A stretch of DNA of 64,000 bases from Deferribacterales bacterium (GCA_050251875.1 JBFWMA010000004.1:128001-192000); one strand, 5' to 3'. Shown: positions 40,810 to 50,807, counted from the stretch's first letter. Numbers and translations: made by a program. Notes: a model not told the origin generated them from the letters alone.

Positions 40810-41839
40810 TTTTCACGGACCTCCGTATCAAAAGGTACAGAAACAGCGGAACACCGGCGAAGGATGTCAGCACGCCCACCGGAAGAACCAGAGGCGCCGC
40901 CGCCTTCTGCGCCAGAATGTCCGCCCCCAGCAGAAAAACTCCGCCGGTAACGGCAGACGCCGTAATCAGAAAGACGTGTCCCGTGTGCCTGAATATCAGG
41001 CGCACCGTATGTGGGGCTATGAGCCCGACAAAACCGATGACGCCGTAAAAAGCCGTGGCGAACGCCGCCATGACGGATGTGACTATTATGGTGTAAATTC
41101 TTATCTTTTTTACGGAAACACCCAGCCCCGCCGCATATAGATCACCCCATATGATGGCATTATAATCCCAGCTGTAGCGCAGAACGGCGAGCGTGCCGAG
41201 AGCTGTGACGGACAGCACCGTCAGCGCCTCCCGCCAGCCTCCCTTGCCTATGTCGCCGAACGTCCAGAAGAGGGACGCCGCCACCTGCGTATCTGTAGCG
41301 AAAAACTGCAAAAGCATTGTGCATGCGCCGAAAAAAGCGGACACGGCGACTCCCGCCAATATCAGCCCCTGCGGCGTCATGCCCCGCACAAAAGAGAATC
41401 CCATTATAACCGCCGCCGCCGTGAGCGACCCGAGAAAGGCGCACAGAGCCGCCGCCGATATGCTGGATATCATCACGCCGGAGCCCGTGTTGCCTATCAT
41501 CCCCGCTCCCAGAAGCGTGATGGCAAATGTAACGCCGAAAGCCGCTCCCTGTGACAGCCCCAGTGTGAAGGGGGACGCCAGGGCGTTCTTCAGAACGGTC
41601 TGCAAAACGGCTCCGCAGACCGCGAGACAGGCTCCCACGGAGAATGCCGCGACTATTCGGGGCAGACGCAGGTATCTGATGAAATACGTCAGATCGGCGT
41701 CCTCTCCGCTTCCGAAGAATGCATAGGCGGTCTCAATCCAGCTCTTCTGCTCCGCGCCGTTTTTTACTCCGGCGAGAACGAGCAGAAACAGTAAAAATGT
41801 TGAGAGACCGAAAAATATCAGCGCTTTACTTTTTCTCAA
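40802..41839 (-). CDS. FecCD/BtuC-family ABC permease
   Basis: LRLPR, LKNALASPFTLG, GVIGFVGLIAPH, LPVGVLTS..G.P.F. Confidence 0.93.
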   Translation of the reverse strand: MRKSKALIFFGLSTFLLFLLVLAGVKNGAEQKSWIETAYAFFGSGEDADLTYFIRYLRLPRIVAAFSVGACLAVCGAVLQTVLKNALASPFTLGLSQGAAFGVTFAITLLGAGMIGNTGSGVMISSISAAALCAFLGSLTAAAVIMGFSFVRGMTPQGLILAGVAVSAFFGACTMLLQFFATDTQVAASLFWTFGDIGKGGWREALTVLSVTALGTLAVLRYSWDYNAIIWGDLYAAGLGVSVKKIRIYTIIVTSVMAAFATAFYGVIGFVGLIAPHTVRLIFRHTGHVFLITASAVTGGVFLLGADILAQKAAAPLVLPVGVLTSFAGVPLFLYLLIRRSVKND

Positions 41840-42905
41840 TTTCTTTCAGCACCATTCTGCCGTCTTTTATGTCTATTTTTTTATAGCCTTTAGAGTCTTT
41901 TTCCAGCTCAGCGTAGAGAGGCTTTCCGAAAAACATGGTGAGAATCTCGTCCGCTTTTTTTACAGGGTCTATGTTTTTATAATTCTGAGGATACGCCGCC
42001 TTAGCCATCAGAAAGGCGTTGGCGAACATCAGCTCCGGATTGACAAAATATGACGTATCCGGCACCACCAGATAGACCTTTCCGGATGAAAAAGCCTTGA
42101 GTCTGGCGTAATACGCCGGATTGGACGCTATGTCTTCCTCCACCAGAGGCAGGCTGTTTCCGTCTATGAAAATCATTTCCGGATTAGACGCCAGAACAAA
42201 TTCTTTGCTGACGAATATCTGTCCCTTCTTGCCTGTGGTGTCAGCGGCGTTTGTGATATCCGCCATTTTGAAGGGGATAAAGTCAGCCGATGTGCTGTCC
42301 AGCCCGTGAAATCCTTTGAATGATATTCCGCCGATATAAGCCTTAACCTGTTTTTCAGGAGCGCTGTCCAGATCTTTCAGCAGGCGGTCGATGTATCCTA
42401 CCAGCTCTTCCGCTCTTTTTTCCTTTTTCAGCACTTTCGCCGTAACCCTGATGGAGTCGTAGAATGTGATTATGTCGAAGGCAGGCAGACCGTAGCTTAA
42501 GCCCACCACGGGGATATTCAGCTTGCGCTGGAGCATTTCTGCCTCCGCCTTGTCCAGACTGTTCAGAAAGACCACGTCCGGTTTCACCCTGATTACCTGC
42601 TCCGGCATCACCATCCTTCCGGGACCGCCCTTAGCGACCACTGGCAAATCTTTTACCAGCTCTCTGTTCAGGTAAATGTATGGTTTTACGAATTTTTCCC
42701 GTTTGTCAAAATCCTCAACGCCCACCACCATATTCTGGCAGTTCAGATAGCTCACGAAAGCCATGCTGCTTCCCAGCGCCACTATTCTGTTTATCTTGTC
42801 CGGCACTTCCACCTTTCTGCCCAGAGCATCGGTGACAACTGCCGCCTGTGCGCAGACCGCCGTCAGCAGGAGCGCCATGATTATTATCAGTTTTGATTTT
42901 CCCAT
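41826..42905 (-). CDS. Class III (iron-siderophore/B12-type) substrate-binding protein
   Basis: Signal peptide, VTDALGRKVEVP..INRIV, EQVIRVKPDVV, LKAFSSGKVY. Confidence 0.88.
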   Translation of the reverse strand: MGKSKLIIIMALLLTAVCAQAAVVTDALGRKVEVPDKINRIVALGSSMAFVSYLNCQNMVVGVEDFDKREKFVKPYIYLNRELVKDLPVVAKGGPGRMVMPEQVIRVKPDVVFLNSLDKAEAEMLQRKLNIPVVGLSYGLPAFDIITFYDSIRVTAKVLKKEKRAEELVGYIDRLLKDLDSAPEKQVKAYIGGISFKGFHGLDSTSADFIPFKMADITNAADTTGKKGQIFVSKEFVLASNPEMIFIDGNSLPLVEEDIASNPAYYARLKAFSSGKVYLVVPDTSYFVNPELMFANAFLMAKAAYPQNYKNIDPVKKADEILTMFFGKPLYAELEKDSKGYKKIDIKDGRMVLKEIEKK

Positions 42906-43651
42906 ACGATTACCTCTATTCTGTATTTGACTTTATCCGTGAATTTTCCTTTGCCGTCAGAGAAAACGCCTATGTGTTTTCTGATTGTCTCTCTGTCCGG
43001 GTCGATGCGGTATGTGGAGAGCATGGCGTGGCTGTTGTGCACCAGCTCGTCTTCCGTTCTCATTGTCAGCCATTCGCCGTCCACAGTTTTTGAGCGGAAG
43101 GCGTAGCCGTTCTTTGTGAGCCATTCTTTCATTCTGGCGGCATCGTTGAACTCTCTCTGTGATATGCCGAACACAGGATAGAGAGCGTTAAGAACGTCTG
43201 ATTCCATCACGCCGCCGAATCCCATGTAGATTATCTGTCCTCTGGAATAGTCAGTCAGCTTCTGTCTGGCGCTGTCGCTGTGTGCGGCGGGAGTCATGGA
43301 GCAGAAGACTATGTCGAACCGCTCGTCCGAGTGAAAATCTTTCCAGTCGCTCAGCACGGGGATTATGTTTGATATCCCCAGAGACTCAGCGTCCATCATC
43401 AGTATGTCCAGCATGGTTTCAGATATGTCGGAGGCGGTCACTTTCTGCGCCTCTCTCGCCAGACGGATGGTATACATTCCGCTTCCGCATCCCACATCCA
43501 GCAGGGTTCTGTCTTTGAAATCCACACCCAGATTCCTGATATTATTAAGCATTTTTGCTTCGTAGTTGTTCTCTCCCTCTTCGAACCGGGGAAAGACCGC
43601 AGCTTTACTGTTCCAGAACTTCTGCTGTTCCTCTTTGGTCAGGTGGTTCAT
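42887..43651 (-). CDS. Class I SAM-dependent methyltransferase
   Basis: FWNSKA..F, LLDVGCGSG, DIS..ML, FDIVFCSMTPA; ATG 43651 follows GAGG. Confidence 0.88.
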   Translation of the reverse strand: MNHLTKEEQQKFWNSKAAVFPRFEEGENNYEAKMLNNIRNLGVDFKDRTLLDVGCGSGMYTIRLAREAQKVTASDISETMLDILMMDAESLGISNIIPVLSDWKDFHSDERFDIVFCSMTPAAHSDSARQKLTDYSRGQIIYMGFGGVMESDVLNALYPVFGISQREFNDAARMKEWLTKNGYAFRSKTVDGEWLTMRTEDELVHNSHAMLSTYRIDPDRETIRKHIGVFSDGKGKFTDKVKYRIEVIVWENQN

Positions 43652-43719
43652 CGCTACCTCGTATAAAAAAGATGTTACGCATAGACGGGTTAAATGAAAT
43701 GATATCGGTTGAATGACAA

Positions 43720-43782
43720 AGATTAACATCATATGTCGGTTAAGTCAACGCAATAGTAATACTATTTATGATAAATTATTAC
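43720..43782 (-). promoter_or_regulatory. Promoter of the methyltransferase-ABC operon with an upstream NikR-like inverted repeat
   Basis: Minus strand TTGACT-17 nt-TAATCT (43748-43720); GTAATA-N15-TATTAC at 43756-43782. Confidence 0.55.
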
Positions 43783-43792
43783 CGAATGGGCA

Positions 43793-43818
43793 ATAAAAAG
43801 CCCCTCGAAAGAGGGGCT
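43793..43818 (-). terminator. Rho-independent terminator after usp
   Basis: AGCCCCTC-gaaa-GAGGGGCT, with the minus-strand T-tract (ATAAAA on plus). Confidence 0.85.
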
Positions 43819-43841
43819 GTGGATTTAATAATAGTTTGCTG

Positions 43842-44297
43842 TTATTCAGCTTTTTTGCGGACAGAGAGAACAGGGCAAGGAGCCTTGCGCACAACTTTCT
43901 CCGCTGTGGAGCCGAACAGAACGTGTTCGAAGCCTGTGCGTCCGTGTGTGCCGATAACTATAAGGTCTGTGCCTGATTCCTGAGCGTGTTTCACTATCTC
44001 CTCATCGGCGATGCCCTTCACCATGCTGTAGGTGTATTTAACGCCGTCAAGCACCTTTGATTCTTTGATAAACTCTTCCAGCTTGTTCTTAGCTCCGTCC
44101 TCCATATCTTTGGACAGGTTCTGAACAGTGATCTGGGGCAGATAAAAAGACACCAGCTGGGATTCATCCAGCATAACGTGGAGAAGCTCCAGTTCGGCGT
44201 CAAACATCTTCGCCATTTCAGCCGCATAGTTCAGTGCATAGGCTGAAGGGTCGGAGAAGTCTGTGGGGTATAATATTTTTTTAATGTCTATTAACAT
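43842..44297 (-). CDS. Universal stress protein
   Basis: KKILYPTDFS, DLIVIGTHGRTG...FGSTAEKVVRKAPCPVL; ATG 44297 after GGAGG. Confidence 0.95.
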   Translation of the reverse strand: MLIDIKKILYPTDFSDPSAYALNYAAEMAKMFDAELELLHVMLDESQLVSFYLPQITVQNLSKDMEDGAKNKLEEFIKESKVLDGVKYTYSMVKGIADEEIVKHAQESGTDLIVIGTHGRTGFEHVLFGSTAEKVVRKAPCPVLSVRKKAE

Positions 44298-44313
44298 ATA
44301 AGCCTCCCGGGCA

Positions 44314-44682
44314 TCATATTTTTTTATTGAGCACTTTTTCGATGAGTTCCAGAAGCTGTGAAACGTTATAGGGTTTATACAGCACATCTATGGCGCCCAT
44401 CTGAAAAGCGCTGAGCATATTTTCTATCTGATCGTGTCCGGTTATCACTATCACCGGAACTTCCGAGCCGTCTTCATTGAGCGAATAGAGAAAGTGTATT
44501 CCGTCAGAAACGGGCATAACCAGATCGGTAACGATAAGGTCATATTCTGTCTCCTCCGCCTTGTCTCTGGCAAAGAGTCCGTTCTCGGCGGTCTCCACCT
44601 CGTAGCCTTCCGATTCCAGTATCTCTTTTAAGGCAAAGAGTTCGTCTTCGCTGTCATCCGCCAATAAAATTTTATAAGCCAT
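44314..44682 (-). CDS. Single-domain response regulator
   Basis: ILLADD, VTDLVMP, VITGH, KPY; all phospho-site residues present. Confidence 0.92.
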   Translation of the reverse strand: MAYKILLADDSEDELFALKEILESEGYEVETAENGLFARDKAEETEYDLIVTDLVMPVSDGIHFLYSLNEDGSEVPVIVITGHDQIENMLSAFQMGAIDVLYKPYNVSQLLELIEKVLNKKI

Positions 44683-45526
44683 TCTCTTCACTCTTAAATA
44701 GTTGTGTGTAGTTCTCTTCTAATTGTACCGCAGTTTCGTATAAATTCACGCCTTTTATTGTGGAAATTTCGAGGGCGTTATAGACGGTGTTGGCCGGCTC
44801 ATTTGTCTTGCCCCTGAAAGGCATAGGCGAAAGATAGGGGCTGTCTGTTTCCGTCAGCAGTCTGTCCATGGGGACGTACTGTAATGTGTCTCTGAGCTCC
44901 TGTGATTTGTTGTATGTCACGGGTCCGGCGTATGATATGTAGAATCCGTTGTCCAGCGCCCAGCGCAGGAGCGGTATGTCTCCGCTGAAACAGTGGATGA
45001 TGCCGTTTCTCTCTCTGCCTCTGATGACGGAATCCATCACCGCCACGCAGTCCTCGGCTGAGTCTCTGTTGTGTATCACCACGGGTTTTTTGTGCTCTGC
45101 TGCCAGCTCCAGAAAGCTCCTGAATACGTTCATCTGAACGTCTCTGGGGGACAGATCATAGTAGTAGTCCAGACCGATCTCTCCAATTGCCAGACACTTA
45201 GGATGACTTATCAGTTCACTGAACTGTGACATGTCTCCGGAAAAATCCTTAGCGTCATGGGGGTGAACTCCGGCGGCGAAGTATACGTTATCGTATTTTT
45301 CCGCCATCAGCTTAGCCTGTGCGGAATCCTCCAAGTCGGTGCCGATGGTGATTATGCGCCTGACGAGATTGTCATGGGCTCTTTTCAGAACACCGTCAGT
45401 GTCTTCCGTGAGAGGGGGCATGTGGATATGAGCGTGGGAATCGGTGAAGAAAGCGCCTTTTTCCCCCAGCTCTTTCAGTTCATTCAAAAAATCCTGATGC
45501 GCCTGATTTCCTGCTTTCGATATCAT
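44672..45526 (-). CDS. tatD: TatD-family DNase
   Basis: DSHAH, GVHPH, IGEIGLDY, IHNRD, IHCFSG, ETDSPY. Confidence 0.93.
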   Translation of the reverse strand: MISKAGNQAHQDFLNELKELGEKGAFFTDSHAHIHMPPLTEDTDGVLKRAHDNLVRRIITIGTDLEDSAQAKLMAEKYDNVYFAAGVHPHDAKDFSGDMSQFSELISHPKCLAIGEIGLDYYYDLSPRDVQMNVFRSFLELAAEHKKPVVIHNRDSAEDCVAVMDSVIRGRERNGIIHCFSGDIPLLRWALDNGFYISYAGPVTYNKSQELRDTLQYVPMDRLLTETDSPYLSPMPFRGKTNEPANTVYNALEISTIKGVNLYETAVQLEENYTQLFKSEENGL

Positions 45527-45540
45527 CCAGAAACCTTTAA

Positions 45541-45568
45541 AAAAGTACGGCGGCTATGAAAGCCGCCG
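45541..45568 (-). terminator. Hairpin/terminator between metG and tatD
   Basis: CGGCGGCT-atgaa-AGCCGCCG followed on the minus strand by TACTTTT. Confidence 0.55.
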
Positions 45569-45574
45569 CCGTTG

Positions 45575-47518
45575 TTATTTTATTATTGTGCCTGCTTCCA
45601 CACTGTCCGGAAGTTCCAGAACGATGTGTTTGTCTCCCTGAGTAGCCGCCAGAATCATTCCTTCAGACATTATGCCCATCAGTTTTGCGGGTTTCAGGTT
45701 TGCCACCACGCATACTGTCTTTCCGACCATATCTTCCGCTGAATAGCTTTTCGCTATGCCGGATACCACCTGACGGGTTTCTCCGCCCAGATCTATCTGG
45801 AGTTTCAGCAGTTTATCGGATTTTTCAACTTTTTCTGCGGAAACGACTTTTGCCGCTTTCAGCACCATTTTGGTGAAATAGGCGAAGTCGATAGGCTCTG
45901 CCGCGGCGTCTTCCGCTTTTTTCTCTTCTTTGGCGGGTTTAGCCGGAGCGAGAGATTCCAGCATCTCTTTCTCGTCTATTCTGGGGAAAAGCTGAACAGC
46001 CTCGCCCAGTTTTTGTCCTGATTCCAGCTTGCGCACGGCTTTCAGGTTTTTTTCGTCCACTTTGTTTATGTCCAGCTTGGTGTTGAGCTGTTTTCTGATG
46101 CTCTCGGATGTCTCGGGGATGAAGGGGTAGAGCAGCAGAGACACCAGACGGATACCGTCCAGCACGCTGTAGAGTACGGAACCGAGTCTGTCTCTGTTCG
46201 CTTCGTCCTTCGCCAGAGCCCAGGGCGCTGTATCGTCTATGTATTTGTTCAGCCCGCTCACCAGCTCCCACAGGCTGGAGAGAGCCTTGTTGAAAGCCAG
46301 ATTGGTGAGGTGGGTGTCCACCTCGTCAAAAACTTTGTCTATCAGCGCTTCCAGAGCTGTGTCCAGCTCGCCGGAAACTGTATATGCCGGCACTGTGCCG
46401 TCAAAATATCTGTTAACCATACCCATGGTGCGGTTCAGCAGGTTGCCCAGGTCGTTCGCCAGATCTCCGTTGATGCGGTGTATCAGTCCTTTGAACGAGA
46501 AGTCGCCGTCCAGACCGAAAGGAACCTCACGCAGGAGGAAATATCTGATGGCGTCCACGCCGAATTTTTCCACCAGCCAGTTGGGGTCTATGGCGTTGCC
46601 CATGGATTTCGACATCTTCTGACCTTCCACAGTCCACCAGCCGTGGGCGAAAACGCTCTGGGGCAGGGGAAGTCCGGCGCTCAGGAGCATTGTGGGCCAG
46701 TATACGGTGTGAAATCTGAGAATGTCTTTACCGACAACATGATAGTCCGCCGGCCAATATTTTTCCATATCGGGACAGTGCTCGCCCTCTGTGCCGTAGT
46801 TCAGAGCGGCGATATAGTTTGTCAGGGCGTCCAGCCATACATAGATGACATGGTCTTCGTCACCGGGAACGGGTATGCCCCATTTGAATGTCACACGGGA
46901 CACGGAGAGGTCACGCAGTCCTTCTCTCAGGAAGGAGAGGATCTCGTTTCTCTTTGATTCGGGGCGGATAAAATCTTTATTGTCTTCGATATGCTTCATC
47001 AGCGTATCGGCGTATTTGCTCATTTTGAAGAAATAGCTGGGCTCTTTCAGCTTGGCTGTTTCACGTCCGCATGAGGGACAGCAGTTGCCGTCCAGAAGCT
47101 GTGTCTCGGTCAGATATGTTTCGCACGGGGTGCAGTACCATCCCTCGTAATGACCGAGGTATATGTCGCCTTTATCCTTCATGGTGTTGAAGATTTTGCG
47201 AACGGCCTCTTTGTGTTTCTCGTCTGTGGTGCGGATGAATCTGTCGTTGGAAATGTTCAGAGTCTTCCACAGGCTCTGATAGCGTGTCACAACCTCATCG
47301 GCGAGCTGTTTGGGTGTGATTCCCCTTTTTTGCGCCGCCTGCTCGATCTTCTGTCCGTGTTCGTCTGTTCCGGTCAGAAAGCACACGTCATAACCGCAGA
47401 GCCTTTTATATCTGCTGACTGTGTCGCACGCCACCGTGGTGTATGCGTGACCTATGTGGGGCACGTCATTCACATAATAGATGGGTGTGGTGATATAAAA
47501 TGTTCTGTCGTTTTTCAT
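45575..47518 (-). CDS. metG: Methionine-tRNA ligase with C-terminal tRNA-binding domain
   Basis: HIGH, Zn knuckle (CTPC...CPSC), KMSKS, C-terminal NLKPAKLMGIMSEGMIL. Confidence 0.98.
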   Translation of the reverse strand: MKNDRTFYITTPIYYVNDVPHIGHAYTTVACDTVSRYKRLCGYDVCFLTGTDEHGQKIEQAAQKRGITPKQLADEVVTRYQSLWKTLNISNDRFIRTTDEKHKEAVRKIFNTMKDKGDIYLGHYEGWYCTPCETYLTETQLLDGNCCPSCGRETAKLKEPSYFFKMSKYADTLMKHIEDNKDFIRPESKRNEILSFLREGLRDLSVSRVTFKWGIPVPGDEDHVIYVWLDALTNYIAALNYGTEGEHCPDMEKYWPADYHVVGKDILRFHTVYWPTMLLSAGLPLPQSVFAHGWWTVEGQKMSKSMGNAIDPNWLVEKFGVDAIRYFLLREVPFGLDGDFSFKGLIHRINGDLANDLGNLLNRTMGMVNRYFDGTVPAYTVSGELDTALEALIDKVFDEVDTHLTNLAFNKALSSLWELVSGLNKYIDDTAPWALAKDEANRDRLGSVLYSVLDGIRLVSLLLYPFIPETSESIRKQLNTKLDINKVDEKNLKAVRKLESGQKLGEAVQLFPRIDEKEMLESLAPAKPAKEEKKAEDAAAEPIDFAYFTKMVLKAAKVVSAEKVEKSDKLLKLQIDLGGETRQVVSGIAKSYSAEDMVGKTVCVVANLKPAKLMGIMSEGMILAATQGDKHIVLELPDSVEAGTIIK

Positions 47519-48264
47519 ATATCTCCTCCGGAATGGTCGTCCAGCAGGTCTTTCAGCCTCACCATGTCGTCACCGCTCATCATCTCCTCTTTCATGCATC
47601 CGGAACAGGAGACGATGTCGCCGTCATATGCCTCTTTTTCGTACATCAGACAGCACATGAGCCTTCCGCACACCCCGGAAATCTTTGTGGGGTTGAGGAT
47701 AAGGTTCTGGTCTTTCGCCATTTTTATGGATATGTTATCAAATTTTCTTAAAAAGGTGGAACAGCAGAATTCTTTTCCGCAGAGACCGAATCCGCCTATC
47801 ATCTTGGTGGCGTCACGCACGCCCACCTGGCGCATCTCTATGCGTGTGCGGAACACTCTGGCGAGGTCACGCACCAGCTGGCGGAAGTCGATCCGTCCGT
47901 CAGCGGTGAAAAAGAATGTGAGCTTGCTTCTGTCCAGAGTATATTCAGCCTTCAGCAGTTTCATGTCCAGATTATGCTGAACAACCAGCTTGCGGCATTC
48001 CTCGAAAGCGGCGGGCTCTTCCGCCATGTTCTGTTTTTTCAGGTCATGGTCCTGCTGAGTCGCCTTGCGGATGACGTTTTTCATCTCCGCTTTTTCGTCC
48101 ACTTCTATGTCACGGGGTCCGAGGATCACGTTTGCCATATCCTCGCCTTTTTCTGTTTCCACTATAACTTTATCGCCGAACTGCGCCACAACGCCGCAGG
48201 AGAGAAAATCATATATCTTGCCGGCGGGCTTGAAAGCCACGCCAATGGCATTAACTTTTTTCAC
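47515..48264 (-). CDS. ricT: PSP1/RicT (YaaT)-family Fe-S protein
   Basis: FTADGRIDFRQLVRDLA, RIEMRQVGVRD, GLCGKEFCC, SGVCGRLMCCL; GTG 48264 after GAGG. Confidence 0.9.
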   Translation of the reverse strand: MKKVNAIGVAFKPAGKIYDFLSCGVVAQFGDKVIVETEKGEDMANVILGPRDIEVDEKAEMKNVIRKATQQDHDLKKQNMAEEPAAFEECRKLVVQHNLDMKLLKAEYTLDRSKLTFFFTADGRIDFRQLVRDLARVFRTRIEMRQVGVRDATKMIGGFGLCGKEFCCSTFLRKFDNISIKMAKDQNLILNPTKISGVCGRLMCCLMYEKEAYDGDIVSCSGCMKEEMMSGDDMVRLKDLLDDHSGGDI

Positions 48265-49129
48265 TAAGTACCTCAATAGTTTTTATATACAGGTCGAGCC
48301 TGAACATGTCTAAACTGACATTATACTCAAGCCTCTTTAAAATATCCAGTAAATAGTTGGAGAAATCAAGAAGAGTCTCCGAACCGGTTTTTTTATATTT
48401 TTCAAGCAGATGAGAGTAGAGCGAGGCGACATATGTCTTTATGGCGTCTTTGGTGTCCAGAGACGCTATCTCTTCATACAGCTCGGTTTTTGAGCGGATT
48501 CCGGTGAACAGGCTCTGTTTGTCTGTGTCAGACAGGATGTTCAGCGCCGCTCCGGCGGAACCTGACGCTGTTTTCACGGCATGGGCTGTTTCCTCATCCG
48601 GTTTTTCGGTGTGCTGTCTGACTATCTCCGTCACCTCTTCAGCGGACAGCAGTCCGAAGCCGATGTTCACGCATCTGGAACGGATGGTGTGCAGAACCTG
48701 CGAATAGCGGGATGTTATCAGAAAGAAATAAGTATCAGAAGGCGGTTCCTCCAGAGTTTTCAGAAGAGCGTTAGCCGCCTGAAGCCCGAAAGAATCTGCG
48801 TTGTCTATGATATAGACTTTCTTTTTGGCGGACATGGGGCTCATGAAAGCCTCCTGGTTTATCTGTCTCGCCGTGTCTATCTTCAGAGGTGTTTCCTCTA
48901 TGATGTGTATGTCGGGATGCTCGGAATTGAGAATATTTACGCAGTGACGGCACGGACAGTCCGTCAGAAAAGAACCGTTTTCGCAGAGAAGCGCTCTGGC
49001 TGTCTCTTTTGCGAACAGTTTTTTCCCGATGCCTTCACGCCCGCTGAGGATATATGCGTGGTGAAGCCTGTTTTCGGCTATTATGCGTGAGAATATCTCT
49101 TTTTCGCGGCTGTGCCCTATTAGTTTCAT
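48251..49129 (-). CDS. holB: DNA polymerase III delta' subunit
   Basis: HAYILSGREGIGK, Zn cysteines, HPD, ANALLKTLEEP, TIRSRC; ATG 49129. Confidence 0.93.
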   Translation of the reverse strand: MKLIGHSREKEIFSRIIAENRLHHAYILSGREGIGKKLFAKETARALLCENGSFLTDCPCRHCVNILNSEHPDIHIIEETPLKIDTARQINQEAFMSPMSAKKKVYIIDNADSFGLQAANALLKTLEEPPSDTYFFLITSRYSQVLHTIRSRCVNIGFGLLSAEEVTEIVRQHTEKPDEETAHAVKTASGSAGAALNILSDTDKQSLFTGIRSKTELYEEIASLDTKDAIKTYVASLYSHLLEKYKKTGSETLLDFSNYLLDILKRLEYNVSLDMFRLDLYIKTIEVLSEKS

Positions 49130-49761
49130 ACGAAATTGTCCAGAATATCCATCACATCGCTGAGAACTTTCTCTTTCTCCTGCATGCCGTTTATCACCCA
49201 AGTGTTCGGGTGGGTATCCACATACCATTTGAATCCGTTATGCACCTTGTCGAAAAAATCTACGCCCAGCGACTCGAATTTTCCCTCGTCCTGCATCTTG
49301 TTGTCCCTGCGCAGTCTGTCCAGAGCTCTGGACAGGGCTGTCTGCGGGTCTATGTCAATGATGAAGGTGATGTCCGGCATCTTTACCACGCTGTATTTCG
49401 TGAGAAAATCCAGCAGGTTTTTGTCCAGCCCCCTTCCGAAAATCTGATAGGCATAGGTGGATGACATGAATCTGTCGGAGATCACGTCACGTCCGGACTG
49501 AATGTTCGGTATAACCAGTTTGGTCTGGTGTTCCAGTCTGTCGGCGCAGTAGAGCATCAGCTCCGTTTCCGGCTCCAGATCGAACTTCTGATTTACCAGG
49601 AGCTGACGCAGGAGCATTCCCACCTCTGTGCCTCCGGGCTCACGGGTGAGCTTCACCCGTCTTTTCATACGGGTCATCTCGGCGTACATCCCCTGTGCCA
49701 GTGTGGTTTTGCCGCAGCCGTCTATGCCGTCCAGCGCTATAAAAAGCGGATAATCTTTCAC
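49126..49761 (-). CDS. tmk: Thymidylate kinase
   Basis: DGIDGCGKTT, TREPGGT, ADR, SDRF.SSTYAYQ. Confidence 0.96.
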   Translation of the reverse strand: MKDYPLFIALDGIDGCGKTTLAQGMYAEMTRMKRRVKLTREPGGTEVGMLLRQLLVNQKFDLEPETELMLYCADRLEHQTKLVIPNIQSGRDVISDRFMSSTYAYQIFGRGLDKNLLDFLTKYSVVKMPDITFIIDIDPQTALSRALDRLRRDNKMQDEGKFESLGVDFFDKVHNGFKWYVDTHPNTWVINGMQEKEKVLSDVMDILDNFV

Positions 49762-50684
49762 CTTGCGCAGTCCTTGTCGCTGCCTTGCAGTTTTTCTATG
49801 CAGTGGGACAGCGAATCTATTATTACTTCCAGATTCTCCACGGCTCCTTTCGGGCTTCCGGGGAGATTTACTATCATGCTTCTGCCTCTGGCGCCTGTCA
49901 CGGCACGGCTGATGAGGGCTCTGTTGGTCTTTTTGAAGCTCTCCATGCGCATGGCCTCTTCATATCCGGGGATGCGCTTGTCTATCACGTTCAGTGTGGC
50001 GTCCGGCGCTATGTCTCTGGGGGACACGCCTGTGGAGCCGTTGGTTATTATCAGGTCGAATTTCTGGCTGTCTGCCAGATATTTCAGAGTGTTTTCCAGC
50101 TGATCCTGTTCGTCCGCCAGCATCTCCATCCGGATGAAGCATGGGTTCAGGCGCTCTGTTATCAGCTTTGCCACGGCGGGTCCGGATTCGTCCACACGCT
50201 CACCCCTGCTTCCCTTGTCGCTGAGTGTCACCACACAGACTGACAGTCCGCTTTTAGGCGTCATGATTATCTCGTCTCCGGCGTGTATCTCGCCGTCTCC
50301 CTTTACCACGGCGAAAATGCCCTCTCTGGGCATCACGCAGTCACCGGCGGCGTAGTAGATGGCGCATTTATGATGGCACAGCTTGCCCAGCTGGCTGATT
50401 ATCAGCTCCGTGCCGTTTATTGTCAGCTTGTCGCCCACTATGAGGTCCGTCAGGACTATCCCCTCTGTGGTGATGTTTTCGGCGAAGTCGCCCTGTGTAA
50501 CATCCAGACCCTTGTCCTTCATGGTCTGTATGCTTTCGCTGGCGAGCAGACTCACCTGTCTGTGCCATTTTCCGGCGTGCGCGTCATTTTTTATGCCGAA
50601 ATCGTTCACCAGGGTCACACTTTCTGCCGATGTCTTTTTTGTGCCCTTTTCCCGGCTTACGTTCAGGCTCAATATCTTAGCCAT
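49758..50684 (-). CDS. MOSC domain fused to a MogA/MoaB molybdopterin adenylyltransferase
   Basis: MOSC: DAHAGKWHRQVSLL, FAENI, CHHKCAIY..GDCVMPREG. MogA: TLSD, DESG, NGSTG..PRD..P, NLPGSPKG. ATG 50684. Confidence 0.9.
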   Translation of the reverse strand: MAKILSLNVSREKGTKKTSAESVTLVNDFGIKNDAHAGKWHRQVSLLASESIQTMKDKGLDVTQGDFAENITTEGIVLTDLIVGDKLTINGTELIISQLGKLCHHKCAIYYAAGDCVMPREGIFAVVKGDGEIHAGDEIIMTPKSGLSVCVVTLSDKGSRGERVDESGPAVAKLITERLNPCFIRMEMLADEQDQLENTLKYLADSQKFDLIITNGSTGVSPRDIAPDATLNVIDKRIPGYEEAMRMESFKKTNRALISRAVTGARGRSMIVNLPGSPKGAVENLEVIIDSLSHCIEKLQGSDKDCAR

Positions 50685-50807
50685 AATCTCCCCTGTCTGG
50701 AAAAAAATTAAATGGATGTTTGGTATTGCAAAAATATAAGAAATGACGAAAATTGTCAATAAATGCGGTTATATTTAAGTCCGCGCAATTTTATTTCGGA
50801 GGCGAAA

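Noticed and set aside
43652..43795. Possible cobalamin riboswitch ahead of the BtuC-like ABC operon
   Set aside because: The region is short and AT-rich, the predicted leader is only about 60 nt, and I see no B12-box.
50764..50790. ModE-like half-site CGGTTATAT upstream of the Moco gene
   Set aside because: No matching second half-site.
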